Notes under the pieces: model-generated
Databases searched by the model: none
Told to the model about the DNA's origin: nothing
Seen by the model: only the letters and a program-made list of their open reading frames with translations
Source of the DNA: Lepidodermella squamata
Lineage: Eukaryota; Animalia; Gastrotricha
Length of the DNA stretch: 64,000 bases
Direction: 5' to 3'
NCBI GenBank assembly: GCA_047495785.1
Contig: JBLDXI010000032.1
Location: 3,968,001 to 4,032,000, forward strand
Made by a program: the position numbers and the translations under genes
Shown here: positions 35,001 through 47,097 of the stretch, one piece after another
Numbering within the stretch: the stretch's first letter is position 1
Layout of the letters: each line of letters starts with the position of its first letter

Positions 35001-35786
35001 TATAGAATTTTGTTCGGAGTTTCAACTACTTTATGGCCAAACGAGAGCGGAACCCAATGACTCTTGGGGCAAGGAGTGTTGGTCTATATAGGCCCAGGTG
35101 CATTTCGAAACGTAAACATGTTGCTCCGGATAGGTATCTTATGACGTATTGACTGTTTGGTAAAACAACGTTTTCATCGTTAAATTTGTGCTCGACGTCA
35201 TTAGCATTGTTGCTTCATATAGGATATTACGATAATTATATTATATAATTGCGCATATGCCAAGTTCAAAATAACAAAAGTAATTGTTTACGAGTTTGAT
35301 GACACTGTTACCTTCCAACGCCGCAATGTACTGGATGCGGGTGCGAGAGAGGCTCACTTAGTAAATCATCATTAAAAATCTACACGACAGGTGACATCAT
35401 CGATGATTCCCTTGAAGACATTCAGCTAATAAGCATGGCCGTTGAGCTTATTATAACTGCTGGCATCGATGCACATAAAAAAATCGTGATTAAAAATACC
35501 CACGCATCAAACAGCCACGCGCTTATGGGTCAAATTGCCACCTCACATCGTCATCAATATTGTCTTGGTAAAAATTTTATGCACGAATATGTTGCTTCAG
35601 ATTTGTACGCGGTAATAAAGATGAGATGATTAGCTGATAATTGGGCACAAATTCAAGCCATTCCACTTGATTAGCGGGATCCAGCCATAATTACCAGTAT
35701 CAGTGATAAAGACAAATTTTTGCATTTAAACTTGCGAGACATTGCAGCTTTTTAAACTTTCTAATATTTTTGAGGCAAAAGCAACG

Positions 35787-38141
35787 ATGCGGCTCTTTAT
35801 TCATCTCATCTTTATGTTGTGTGCAGCAGCAATAAATGCTAAAGATTCACAGATAAAGCCAAATAAGTTGTCGATGCTAGTTATGATCGCTTTCACTGGC
35901 GCAGAGCCTCGCGATGGGAAACTTTGCCGAGCTGTATCTGAAATGCTGGCAGAAACTGTCAATAAATCGCCGGATATTCTGCCCAACTACCACATCGAAC
36001 TGGACTTCCAAGACGAGGGTCCCAACGCATTTTACGTGCCGAAACGAGCGGTTGACTTCAGTAGAAAATTTGACGATCCAGTCAATAAAAATTTGACCCA
36101 AAGCCTCGTGACAGTTGGGCCGAATTTCGCGACGGGTTGTCAAAGGTATGGCTCCATGGTTCATGAGCTCGGTATGGTGACAATAGCAACGGCTTGCCTG
36201 CTACCAACAGTCACAGCGAATCGCCGATATTACCCGAATTTGTATCGGCAAAGAATATCAGGTGAATACGCTGCATATCCTCGTCTTCGATTTATCCGAG
36301 ACATCGGAAAATGGCAGGAAGTCGCTGTGTTTGTCTACGCTGGAAACTGGGTGAACTATCTCATCGGCCTCGAGTTCGAAAAGGCGGCTAGAATCTACGG
36401 TACACAGCTGTCATGGTTCAACGCAGCTGTTGATCCGAGTGATGAAATTATGGCATCTCTTCGTGACAGCAAAATTCGCGTGATTATTGCTGAAATGGTC
36501 GATGTTAGTGTTCTGATTCGATTCATGTGCCAAGCCTACAAATTTGGCCTGACTGGTGGGCGATACGTTTTCATCGCTACAACCACGTCTCTTACCGACC
36601 CGTACCGCCAACCTGAGGTTATTTCACCCGGCTGCACGAGGGACATACTAGCTGAGCAGTCGAAAATCACATTTTGGATTGGGGCGACATTGTCGGCCTT
36701 CGAGAACAACGGCCCTGTGACGAAATTGGGGTATGATCTAGCGGAATATGAAAGGCTGTTCGATTCAAGGACGAATACGTCGAGGACCCCCGACTACGAC
36801 CGTCGCCATGTTTGCCACGACAGTCTTTTCCAAGCTATTATGACTCTTGACCTGGCCGAGCGCGAGTTGGCGAAGGCAAATTTGTCATTGAAATCCGTTC
36901 GCCGCGATTTTTCCACCGTTGCGCGAATTGTAAATAAAAGCGCGGGCATGGTGGATTATGTTGGCCTTCGCGCTGGTTGGTCGCATTATTCTGACCGGCT
37001 TGAAATGGACTATGAAACCCAGGTTATCCTGCAATGGTCTCCAGCTACATCGTTCACGCCGATTTTCAAGGTAACACGTCCGAAAATTCAGGGAAATCTC
37101 CAGGCGATAAACGACCTTGCATCTTATTCTCTAACGAAAATGAACGACATTATGTGGCTGACAACGTCGAAATCTCCGCCGAAAAACAGGCTTGAAACTC
37201 TTGAAGTACCGGTTGAAATAACCTCTTTTGCTGGTTTTGTTACAACTGCTGTAGTTGCCGGCCTTCTAGTCGCGCTTTATACCATAATTTTGGGTTTGAC
37301 CTTGATTTATCGAGACAAATTAGCAGATCATCTACCTCTTAGTAGGACGATTCTTGTTGTGGGAAGTTGTTTGCTTACAGTCTCAACCCCAGGATTCCTC
37401 GGACCCTCCGATGTTATTCTCTGTGGGGCCAAAGTTTTCGCAGTTGTTGGCTTGAATTTAATCAACAGTTACCTGGCTGCTCGAGTTTTATTCATTCTCT
37501 TCGATGGTTCGGTAAAAAATGCAAAAAAACTGCAGAAAAACAAGGTAACTTCGTCGAAGTACGTGTCGAATCTCGAAAATTCGAGTATCGAGAAATTGCC
37601 AATCGATCAAAAGAAATGTATCAAGCGTGAGCGAATCATTTCACTTGCTTGTCTGACTTCGACTGCAATCGTGGGGCTTTTACTGATTTTCTGGAAAGTT
37701 TTCGATCAATCTCAGATTGTTTCAAAAAATATGTCAAGCTACTATGACGAAAGCAACGACGTGATACTGGACTATCATGTCGTAGTGTGTGAATCTGCCT
37801 ATGAAACTTATTGGTTAGCTGCTTTGCTTTCGATTCAAATCTTAATACTAGCCCCGGCTTGTTTTGTCATATATGAGCTGCGCAAGTCGACCCTCTCTGC
37901 TGAGCTAGCTCAGTTCAAATTGGTGGCGCTAGCAATCATCAACCAAGTGACGATGTTACTAGGCTTTGTTCTGGTGATCATCGTTGTCAGTGACATACCA
38001 TCGCGGCAAATCTTCTTGGCAATCGGCTCTTTGATGTTGTCTCTTCCGCCTGTGGTTTTCCTTTTTTCGTCTGATATTACGAAACATAAGCACGCTTTGA
38101 ATCAAGTTACATCTTTAGTGGATATTCAAACTATGAATTAG
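35787..38141 (+). CDS. Intronless class C GPCR (divergent GABA-B-like: Venus flytrap plus 7TM, no Cys-rich domain)
   Basis: Signal peptide, VNKSPDILPNYHIEL, RRYYPNLYR, FMCQAYKFGLTGGRYVFI, seven hydrophobic segments, VVCES before TM5, short tail. Confidence 0.85.
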   Translation: MRLFIHLIFMLCAAAINAKDSQIKPNKLSMLVMIAFTGAEPRDGKLCRAVSEMLAETVNKSPDILPNYHIELDFQDEGPNAFYVPKRAVDFSRKFDDPVNKNLTQSLVTVGPNFATGCQRYGSMVHELGMVTIATACLLPTVTANRRYYPNLYRQRISGEYAAYPRLRFIRDIGKWQEVAVFVYAGNWVNYLIGLEFEKAARIYGTQLSWFNAAVDPSDEIMASLRDSKIRVIIAEMVDVSVLIRFMCQAYKFGLTGGRYVFIATTTSLTDPYRQPEVISPGCTRDILAEQSKITFWIGATLSAFENNGPVTKLGYDLAEYERLFDSRTNTSRTPDYDRRHVCHDSLFQAIMTLDLAERELAKANLSLKSVRRDFSTVARIVNKSAGMVDYVGLRAGWSHYSDRLEMDYETQVILQWSPATSFTPIFKVTRPKIQGNLQAINDLASYSLTKMNDIMWLTTSKSPPKNRLETLEVPVEITSFAGFVTTAVVAGLLVALYTIILGLTLIYRDKLADHLPLSRTILVVGSCLLTVSTPGFLGPSDVILCGAKVFAVVGLNLINSYLAARVLFILFDGSVKNAKKLQKNKVTSSKYVSNLENSSIEKLPIDQKKCIKRERIISLACLTSTAIVGLLLIFWKVFDQSQIVSKNMSSYYDESNDVILDYHVVVCESAYETYWLAALLSIQILILAPACFVIYELRKSTLSAELAQFKLVALAIINQVTMLLGFVLVIIVVSDIPSRQIFLAIGSLMLSLPPVVFLFSSDITKHKHALNQVTSLVDIQTMN

Positions 38142-38761
38142 ATTGCTTCAGAACCAGGAGCATGCATCCAATAAAAATTGTTGTACTTACTTAACCTTCG
38201 CGTTTCTCAAGATAAAAAATAGACATGTGAGATAAATTAGTTTGATAATCACTGATAAAGTGAATAAAAAACAATACTTTTTTATCTAAAATCTATCGAA
38301 AAGTCGAAAATGAGACTATTGAGCTTTTCCATTGTTTAATATGGAATTTAGGCTTTTTTCCTGTGAATTTAAAATTTCTTTAGGTTAATCCGTGATAGAT
38401 AATGGATGGGAGATGTCCCTCAAAGATCTAATTTTTGCAAAAACACACAAATTGTTTGCGTTGGAGGTTGGAAACTCGGAAAATGGTTACCCAACTTCTC
38501 TGGGACGCGCTGTAAAAGAACCGGAAGATCTCAACAGCTTCCGAAATTTGTCTGAATTGTCTAAACAGCATTCTACTAAATCCATTCATTTTCTTGTACC
38601 TGCAGTCAACAAATTTAGAATTGGTTGAATTTTTCCAGCTCTGCCTTGGGAAAAGTTAATAAAGGCCAACGTGATAAAATTGGAGGTGAAATAAATAACT
38701 TTTATTTAAAAAAAATTGCAGATGAAAAAATGATATGAAAATTATTCATCAATTTCAACTT

Positions 38762-41700
38762 TCACACATCCCTGCAGGATGGCTTGTCAAATAGGCATGG
38801 TGTAGTGTCCGCGCCCAGTTGCCGCAACTGACGAACAACGGTGAAGCGTTTATCCTGGGACGCATATTGAATAGGCAGAAGGCCGTTCCTGTCATCTTGC
38901 GCATCCACTATTGCTTTTATAGCGGCACTATTATCGCCGGGGCGATTTTCAAGTTGTTTCAGCAACGCCGTTGCAGCGTCTCTGCCGTCAGTTCGCCCAG
39001 GCTTGATTCCATCTCGCCGCATCGCAATAGCCAGAGGCGTGAGGCCATACGAGTATCGGTCGTTCATTAAGCGGAGAATGACTCGCCAATGTTGGTTTTC
39101 AAGCAACGCCGTTACAGTGTCGCCGTCATCGCGGGCCGCGGCCATCATGAGGGCAGTCATGTTGTTTCGACGGTCTCGCCGTCGCAGGTTAACGCCACCT
39201 TCTAACAGCATGCGAACTACGCTGGTTTGGCTGTTGTTAGCTGCCAGCATTAGCGCCGACATGCCGTCTTTATCGATCAGGTCAGGTGGTTCCAACCCGT
39301 CGCGGAGAATTCGAGCTATTTGCAAGTAACCGGCCTTGGCAGCTATCATAAGAGCCGTAGTGCCGTTCACATCCTGTTGATTGATGCCAGGATTGTTCAT
39401 GCTGAGAACGACCTGAAAAAATAACAAAAAACTATTATTCCTATAGTGTCGGGCATCTGTAGAGCTGTTCAAATACTTGTGTCCAAATGAACCTAAATTA
39501 TTGCCAGAGTTGGGAAAAATTAGGCAAAAATCAAATTTCGCCGTTCCTTTATGAAGCGTAATAGGAACGAAATCAATTTTAGTTTCTCCTTGATCACCCA
39601 ACCAGAGTGCTCGAGTGGTTTAAGAGGTCAGACTTAAGATCTGATGGGAGTAATCCCGCGTGGGTTCGAACCCCACCTCTGGTAAAACAATTTTTTCCCT
39701 AAAATTGCTTAGTTATAATTCTTGTAAACCTGAAGGGCTGATAAGCTATTGATTTCTGCTGCCGCCATCAGCGGGGTACGGCCTTCATTCGTTTTCGCGC
39801 TTGGATTGGCACCCAATGCCAGCAAGGCCGAAGCCGTCTGCGTTTGCCCGGCTCGAATTGCGTAATACAAGGCCGTCCGGCCAGAAGCATCGCGATCGTC
39901 GACATTTGCACCATTATCACTCGCTAAATTCAACACCGGGTAGGATGCGCCGTTTAATGCCGCTATCATGAGAGCGGTCGCATTGTCCTCAGATCGCGCG
40001 TCAACAGCGGCTCCTTTGCCAATCAGCAGCGCGCATATCGCAAATGCCGTATTATTATTAGATATCGATGCTGCCGAGAAAAGCGGCGTCTCGCCTCTCA
40101 AATCCCTGGCATTAACATCCGCACCAGCAATAATTAACAAGCGAGTTTTTTCACTCGAATTCGACGCATGAAACAGAGCTGTGCGTCCCTTCGAATCGCG
40201 AGCGTGCAACGACGGGGAATGATTGAGAAGCAGTCGCAAGACTTTTGTGCTGTTATTAGTTGAGTTAGATGCCCACATTAGCGGGGTCATGCCGTTCTCA
40301 TCAGATGCGTCAACGTCAGCGCCGGCTGCTAACAGTTTTTCAGCTGATATATCTGCATTACCCGCCGAACTGTTAGCGACACGCATCAATGCACTGATAT
40401 TTCGGTGATCGGCAGCATTAACGTCAGCACCGGCTTTGATAAGCTCATCGAATAGATCTGGAGAATTCGAGTCCGCCGCCCTAATTATCGCCGATTCTTC
40501 CTTTCGATTTTTCGAGTTGACGTCGGCGCCGTTTCGAAGCAACACCCTGACAACGCTTCTGGAGACCGAGACATTTCTCAGGGCGACTAACAGAGCTGTC
40601 TCGCCGCTGAAATCGGAGGCTTCAATGTCCGCACCAGCGTCGATCAAACATCGCGCTGTTGCAGCGAGACCGAACTTGGCCGAGTACATTAGAGGCGTCC
40701 AACCGAAGCGGTCCCTTGCGTCGATTGTAGCCCCGTGATCGGCGAGTAACGCAGCGACTTCAGCTTGTTTAACGTCGGTTGTACCGCGGGCAGCATGAAT
40801 CAGCGGGGTGGCGTCGTCGTGATCTTCTGCGTTTATTTCGACACTTGAATTCAGCAGTAGAGAAACCGCGTCTCCCAGCCCAAATCTCGCTGCTATATGG
40901 AGAGGCGTTAATTCAGTGTTTAACGTTGCTTCATTGACAGAGGCGCCTTTCTCAATCAATGCCTAAAATAATATTTCGGAAAACATTTCGCTAGAAAATG
41001 TAACTCACTTTCAATATTCCAACTTTCGGCTTGCTGGCCGTAAGACTTAACAGCACAATTCCACGGCCAGCTTTGCTACGTCTCGTCGCATTGGCGCCGC
41101 GTTCCAGCAGCAAGCGAGTTAAAGTTTCGTGGCCATTCGCAGCAGCCAGCATCAGCGGCGTCGTTCCTTCGCCATCAGGGTCGTCAACCGCGGCGCCCAT
41201 ATCTAACAGCTTCCTTGTAATGCCAATTTCCTCGCCGTAAGCGCTCACGGCGGCGATCAAAGGTGTCGTGCCTGGGTAGACGTTGTCATCAGGCTTGTTA
41301 GGACTCGCCCCGTTTGAAAGAAGCAACATTGTGCAGTTGTAATGGCGGTTGATGATCGCAGCTGTAAGGGCTGATTGGATTGATAATTTAGCCCCTTGCT
41401 TGAGAAGGTTAGCGACTATTTCATCGAAACCCCTAGCAGCAGCGTCGTGTAGAGCTGTCGCTCCAAATTTGCTGGAGATATCGAGTGTAGCGTTATTTTT
41501 CCCCAGTAGATATTCAATCACTGACGCATCCCCGAATCGAGCTGCTGCTATCAAAGCTGTAACGCCATTTACATCTTGGACGGTAAAATCGGTTGGGCTG
41601 CAAAATCAAGCACTCATAGAAAGACTCGGATTTCAGAAAGCGCAAAAACTGAATTACGAAAAATTAAATTATCGAAGAATGTCCTAAAATAGCGATGCCG

Positions 41701-44358
41701 TAAATCAGCTACGGATCATAAGAATAAGCTATTGAGTTCTGAGAAACAAACCCTGCTTCGGCCAGAGCAGAAATAGCGTCTCGACCAAGACCAGATTCGG
41801 CGGCGAGAATTAGAGCATTAGCTCTGCGTTGCTTATCGCGAATGTTTATGTTAGCGCGACCGTCTAGCAGCAGCGCCATCACCCGTTCATTTCCACTAGC
41901 AACAGCCATCATCAGTGGCGTCCGCCCGAGATGGTCTGGGGCGTCAACGTAGGCTCCAGCTGAGAGCAGAAATTTCGCAATCATCTGTTTGCGATCACCC
42001 AGCGATTGATCACGGTTGGCTGCCAACAACCACAGAGCAGAACGACCCTGATTGTCTCGAGTTGCCATATTCATTACTGCCGATTGGACGAGAAATTTAA
42101 CAAGCCTGTAGTCAAGCGCTTCGACGGCGTAGTGAAGAGGTGAAAATCCTCGATCATCTGTAGCGATAACCAGCTGCTTCCATAGACTTTCTGGCGATAT
42201 TGACTTCATGAATTTTGCAACAGTTACGTTTCTCGTAGTTCGACATAAATAGATCAGTGCTGAGAACCAATTTTTATCATTTTCATAATTTTCCACATGC
42301 GTTTTTTCTGGCATAAACCTGCTGTATATCAGTTTAATTATTTCAGTATTGCTCGTTTCTATCGCTGTTTGCAAAGGCATTTGTTGCCGCCAGCAGTCGA
42401 CATTATCCGACATATAGGATTTAAACATAATTTTCAAACACAATCTGCAGTTCGATGCAGCAGCCAGTGACAAGGCACGACCTTTACACTGCTCAGTGGC
42501 GTCAAACGTTCGCGATAGCTTATGAACTAGCCGCAAATGTTCACCGAGAACGGCTAGCTCCAACGGCTGGTATGATGAGCCATTCCAGTTGAGGGTAATA
42601 TTGGCACCAGCATCAAGTAATAATCTAGCTACATCCCGTCTTGACGACTTTTTGTCACAGCTGAATAACGCTACAAGCTGCAGACAAGTTGCCCCATCGT
42701 TGACCGATGCCTTTTTCTGACAAACGCCCTGGCTAGTGTAGCGGCGGTCATCGCGCCAATCAGGGTCGAAAATTTCAGAGGATGCGTTGATTTTCTCAAT
42801 CATTTTCCTCACTTTAGTAATGTTAGAGACTTTACAAGCGTCCATCAATTCGTGGTAGAGATCGAGTTGGGTGCAGCGACCCGGCTCCGTCCAAGATCCG
42901 TTATTTTTCTCGAGGCAGGTGATATTACTGGGGTAGAGAGGGTGGAGACGGAAACCGGGCTTACACTGCAAAGTTAGGACTTCTGAGCCAGGAGCAAAAT
43001 AGCCATGCCTTACTTCAGGAACCGGCCCGCAATCGAGTTCAGGTTTAGCTGTAGTCGATTTTTGAGTAGTCGGTAATGCGCTTGTGGTCACCTTGGTGCG
43101 ACGCGGTGCATCAGGCAGGGTGGCTGTTACCACACGTGAATAACGAGCTATTGTTTGGTTTATCCACCTCACCGCCGAGCAAACTCTAGCGTAGACACCT
43201 GGCTGATTGTAGAAGCCACACGCTGCGCCGTAGGATACAACGCCGACGACGTGGCTTCGATTGCCAGCTAGGCACATCAGGGGCGATCCGCTGTCGCCGC
43301 GGCAGGTGTCCAGACCCGGCTGGGTCGAGCCGGCGCAAAGTTGAGCGGCGCTCACGTTGCGATACCCGGTCAACTGCTGGCACAGGTCGCGTGAATACGC
43401 GGTTAATTGAACTTTTTTAAGGCCTTTCGAAATCGCCTGACCGCTCGGCGTGAATCCCCAACCGCCAGCCGTGTACTCGAGGCAGCCGTCCGATTTCGGA
43501 TTTGTCCGCTGCTCGTCGGTTTCATCAGCGTCGCAGTAGAGTAGACCCGTTGAAGGAAGGCAAACAGGGCGGACGTAATCGTCGTAGTACATAGGATAGG
43601 TCAACTTGACGAGAGCCAAGTCGTATTGATAAGTTGTATCCGAACTATTGTATTGGGGGTGGATGAAGTAAGTTGATGTCGTAGTTTTCTGTTCATGCCG
43701 CTCCTCCTCAGGCGCCGACAAATTTGTTCGACCCAATGCAACGTTAATCCTAAAAAAATAGAAAATTGAGCTAAAATGGGGGAATTCCTCGATATACATA
43801 CGCAACAAGCTTCGAAGATGAGACTAAGCAGTGAGCTGCAGTTAGAAGCCACTCATTTGCTATAATGCTGGCCCCACATGGCCGGTAATTAGAGGCAGCC
43901 TCAAATTGCATATCCAACTTAGCCATCCAAGGAATTTGCCCTTCGTACGCGTATTCCATGTCGAAATTTCCTAGAGAAGAGGGTGGTCGTTTGGAGACCT
44001 CTCCACATTGATTCTTCTCGACTATATTAAAAGAAAATTTTCACTTCGCCGAAATAAGTGGGTGGCTGTGCGTACATCTTTGTGGCTCACAGCCGCCTAT
44101 AGCTGGGCTGAATCGCCCCTGATCGTTATCGCCTATAAAGCAAACACTTCGGGCAACTGTTCCTGGTGCTAGAATATATCCAGGATGACAAATTAGATTG
44201 ACTGATACGCCGCCGTTGACTGCGCTGCCTTCAGGCAACTCCTTTCCATTGTGCAGGAGCAGCCGGCCCTGGGAAATTGCAGGGATTGGACACCCTGATG
44301 CTGAAGTTCGACGGGCGGTTATCAATACTAGAGACGCGAACAAAAGTTGGCTAATCAT
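38762..44358 (-). CDS. Secreted Sushi-trypsin protease-Sushi-ankyrin repeat (~30) fusion, ~1657 aa (exons 44358-44076, 44021-43802, 43749-41752, 41597-41009, 40962-39730, 39412-38762)
   Basis: All five GT-AG introns keep the frame. TAAHC, DLAL and DTCRGDSGSP triad. The protease C-half, second Sushi and first ankyrins lie in one uninterrupted exon. Confidence 0.85.
39601..39684 (+). tRNA. trnL-TAA: tRNA-Leu(TAA), copy 6, antisense inside intron 39413-39729 of the protease-ankyrin gene
   Basis: Identical cloverleaf; T6 terminator. Confidence 0.97.
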
Positions 44359-44987
44359 CTATAAAACGGGACATACTTGGCCTCTAAAAATGAGGGATAT
44401 CCACGCTACGTCAATGAGAAATTAAGCTAAAACTTTCTGTTTCAAGGTTTTTTGCTTGATGGAAGGATTGAGATTTTTTTACTTTAGGGATTTATAGCTT
44501 CAGGTTTTTCCTTTTCTGTTCATAAGCTTACGGTTGATGGTTGAGCTTTTTTGTATTTTCTTCACTTTGCCAATAGTGGTTACCTTAAGCTGAGTTAAGC
44601 CGATGACTCAAGTTTTTCAGTGCTTGGAATCTTACTCGTATCAGCTTCCTTCTTTTTCTTCCAATAGTAACAGATTCTCCTTAAGTTCTGCTTAATTGAG
44701 CATGACCGAAAACCATGGAAGAAATCTATGTATAAAGCTGCCAAGGGCTGAAGAAAGTCGATCTAATTGAATGGCAATAAAGTAGCTTTTGCTAATCGTG
44801 CGGAAAAAGTATTGATCCGCAATTTATTTAGCGTTACGCGTAAAAAAAACGGCGTGATTGCCATATCCGGGTGAAAGTATTTCTTTTACGCGCTCTCGAT
44901 CAAGGCTAAAGACGGCTTGTATCCGCTCTTATTTTCGCCACTGTCTAACTGCCTGCTTCTATGCAGATGAGATCTGTAGGAACTAAA

Positions 44988-45402
44988 ATGGACTGTGGGC
45001 CAGTTTTATCCGCAATTAGTTTGATATTAATATCTGCTCGATTCGCATTTTCCCAGAGCAATTTTATATCTTGCTATGAAGGCATAGCATCGAACAACAC
45101 AATACCAGGCGGGATTTGCTCAACCACTGGCCAATGTTACGTTAGTCCTTGTTAGAAACTTATTGAGAAATGAGTCGAATTTTTTTATTTTTTAGCGTCT
45201 TTCAATCGAAAAGAAATCACTGACTTACGAACGCGGATGTGCAGATCAGTGTAAAAGCGGAATTTTAATAAATCCGCGAGCTGGAGGCTCGTCATGGGAA
45301 AATGACTGCTGTGACTCTGATTTTTGCAATTCATCCTACATTAACAGGGTTATTCGCCTCCCGTTTCCTTTGTTACTCAGCTTTTTATACTATTTGACCT
45401 AA
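44988..45402 (+). CDS. Ly6/uPAR three-finger protein E (2 exons)
   Basis: ISCYEG..ICSTTGQCY|R..ERGCADQC..DCCDSDFCN plus hydrophobic tail. Confidence 0.85.
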
Positions 45403-45584
45403 TATTTTGTTTCGAATAATAAAATTCTTATTTTATGTATTAATTATTTAGATGCAGCTGGTGAAAAATTTCAAGTTTGCACTAAGCATTCCATGAAAAA
45501 ACACCTTCCTACCGGTATCTGGTAGATAGGATGAGCCTTAGTCACGCCATTCAAGCATTTTTACCTGCCAGTAAACAAACAAAG

Positions 45585-46301
45585 ATGAACAAGTTTTACA
45601 TGCTACTGTCCTTACCCACCAGCTTAATTTTTTGGTTATGCATTACTCATCAAGGTTAATTTCCTATATAGTAGCTGCTGTAGCGATGGCATAATCATGA
45701 TTCTGCGATGTAGGTCTAGGCTTGGAATGTGCTTATGGTGTACCCGGGAATTCCTATTTCCTTTCAAACGGCACGAGCAGCTCGAGCAGCTCAAATAGCT
45801 CAAATAGCACTGGCTCAGCAGTTAGCGGCCTAGTTTGCAACACCGAATATTACTGTTATCGAGTAGGAAATTATAATTATTTTGAACTATTCTATCTAAT
45901 GCTTTATTCAACAGCTTCAAACTACAGTGAGTGGTTTGGTAAGCCAACTCGGCCGGCCATTCAACTATAATATTTACGCGAATCAGACAAATACTACGAC
46001 ACCGTATACAGGGTACGTTCCACCTGAAGGCCCTCTCAATTCAATTTGGGTGACCTACATGGGATGCATCAACAACTGTGATCGCATTTACCAAGTTCTG
46101 CCGAATAATGTTAACGTAACGTACGGCTACTACTCGAAGCAGGTCTGCTGTCGAGACTCAAATTTGTGCAATTTACCTAGCGGTGGCGCGGCTGTTGATT
46201 CCGGCTATATAGTCTCATCTTCACCAAAAATTGGACCTTTCATCATTTTAATAATTTTAATAATTTTTTTTAATCTCGCATTTTCAAATGAGAATAGCTA
46301 A
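45585..46301 (+). CDS. Ly6-like protein F with expanded Ser/Thr-rich loops (3 exons)
   Basis: LECAYG..(S-rich)..VCNTEYYCYR|..(insert)..MGCINNCD..VCCRDSNLCN plus GPI-type tail. Confidence 0.8.
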
Positions 46302-47010
46302 ATAATAGAGTAAAACAGAACTTATCATTGTTTTAAAAATGAATAATTGATTAGAAGTTTGAACTGAGCTGAACAAGCTAGGGTTGTTGCAAAGATCTGT
46401 CCTATTGCAACAGTGAATTTTGGTGAAGAAACCGAATAAAGGCTGGGCAGATTCAGCCGTAGGTGATTTTCTTAGCAGTAGAACGTCGCAGATTTCTATA
46501 CATCCGAGTTCAAATCTTGGCAATAGGCTAGACGGTGTCGTTGTAGGTATTGCTGTTGGTCGAGGTGTAGTTCTATTACTTGAAAATGTAAAGTTCTGAC
46601 GAACGGTTTGTCGTGGGGCTGTTGTAGTTGGTCGGGTCAAAGGTGCAGTTGGCGGCGTAGGCGGAGTTATTCTAATAGTTCCAGTTCCAACAGTGGGCGG
46701 GGGCCTTGTGGTAACTGGTAGAGTGAACGGCGACGGTCTGTTTGTTGGGAAAGTAGGCCCAGAATTGGTCATAGGTCTGAGAATCCGGTTTGTTTGGATC
46801 TAAACATAAAAATTCCTCAAAAAATGTGATTAATTTTCAAATTGAAATACCCGATAGCAAAATTTTGCAGATGTGCAGGTATTTCCGTCGCTCGTCGCAC
46901 AAATCAGGCCTTCAACTTTGGAAAAATCACCGCTATCCACAGAAAAAATCTGCTCAAAATTTACCTATTTCCGTTATTGGCAAAATAGCCATAATTTTTA
47001 ATACCTGCAT
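46284..47010 (-). CDS. Ly6-like protein G with Thr/Pro mucin-like insert (3 exons)
   Basis: LICATSDGNTCTSAKFCYR|..T/P-rich..LGCIEICD..HCCNRTDLCN plus tail. Confidence 0.8.
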
Positions 47011-47097
47011 TGCGGCGAGGGTAAAAACTGCGAAAGCTCAGTTAACAATAATGTCCCAAGTCGCACCTTTTGTTCGTAAAATCAACATTCTTGTCTT

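Noticed and set aside
38392-38628. Small ORF between the GPCR and the ankyrin gene
   Set aside because: No motif and no convincing spliced model.
38819-41687. Many long plus-strand ORFs opposite the ankyrin exons (also opposite the SLC6, Patched and channel genes)
   Set aside because: Antisense shadows of real coding exons.
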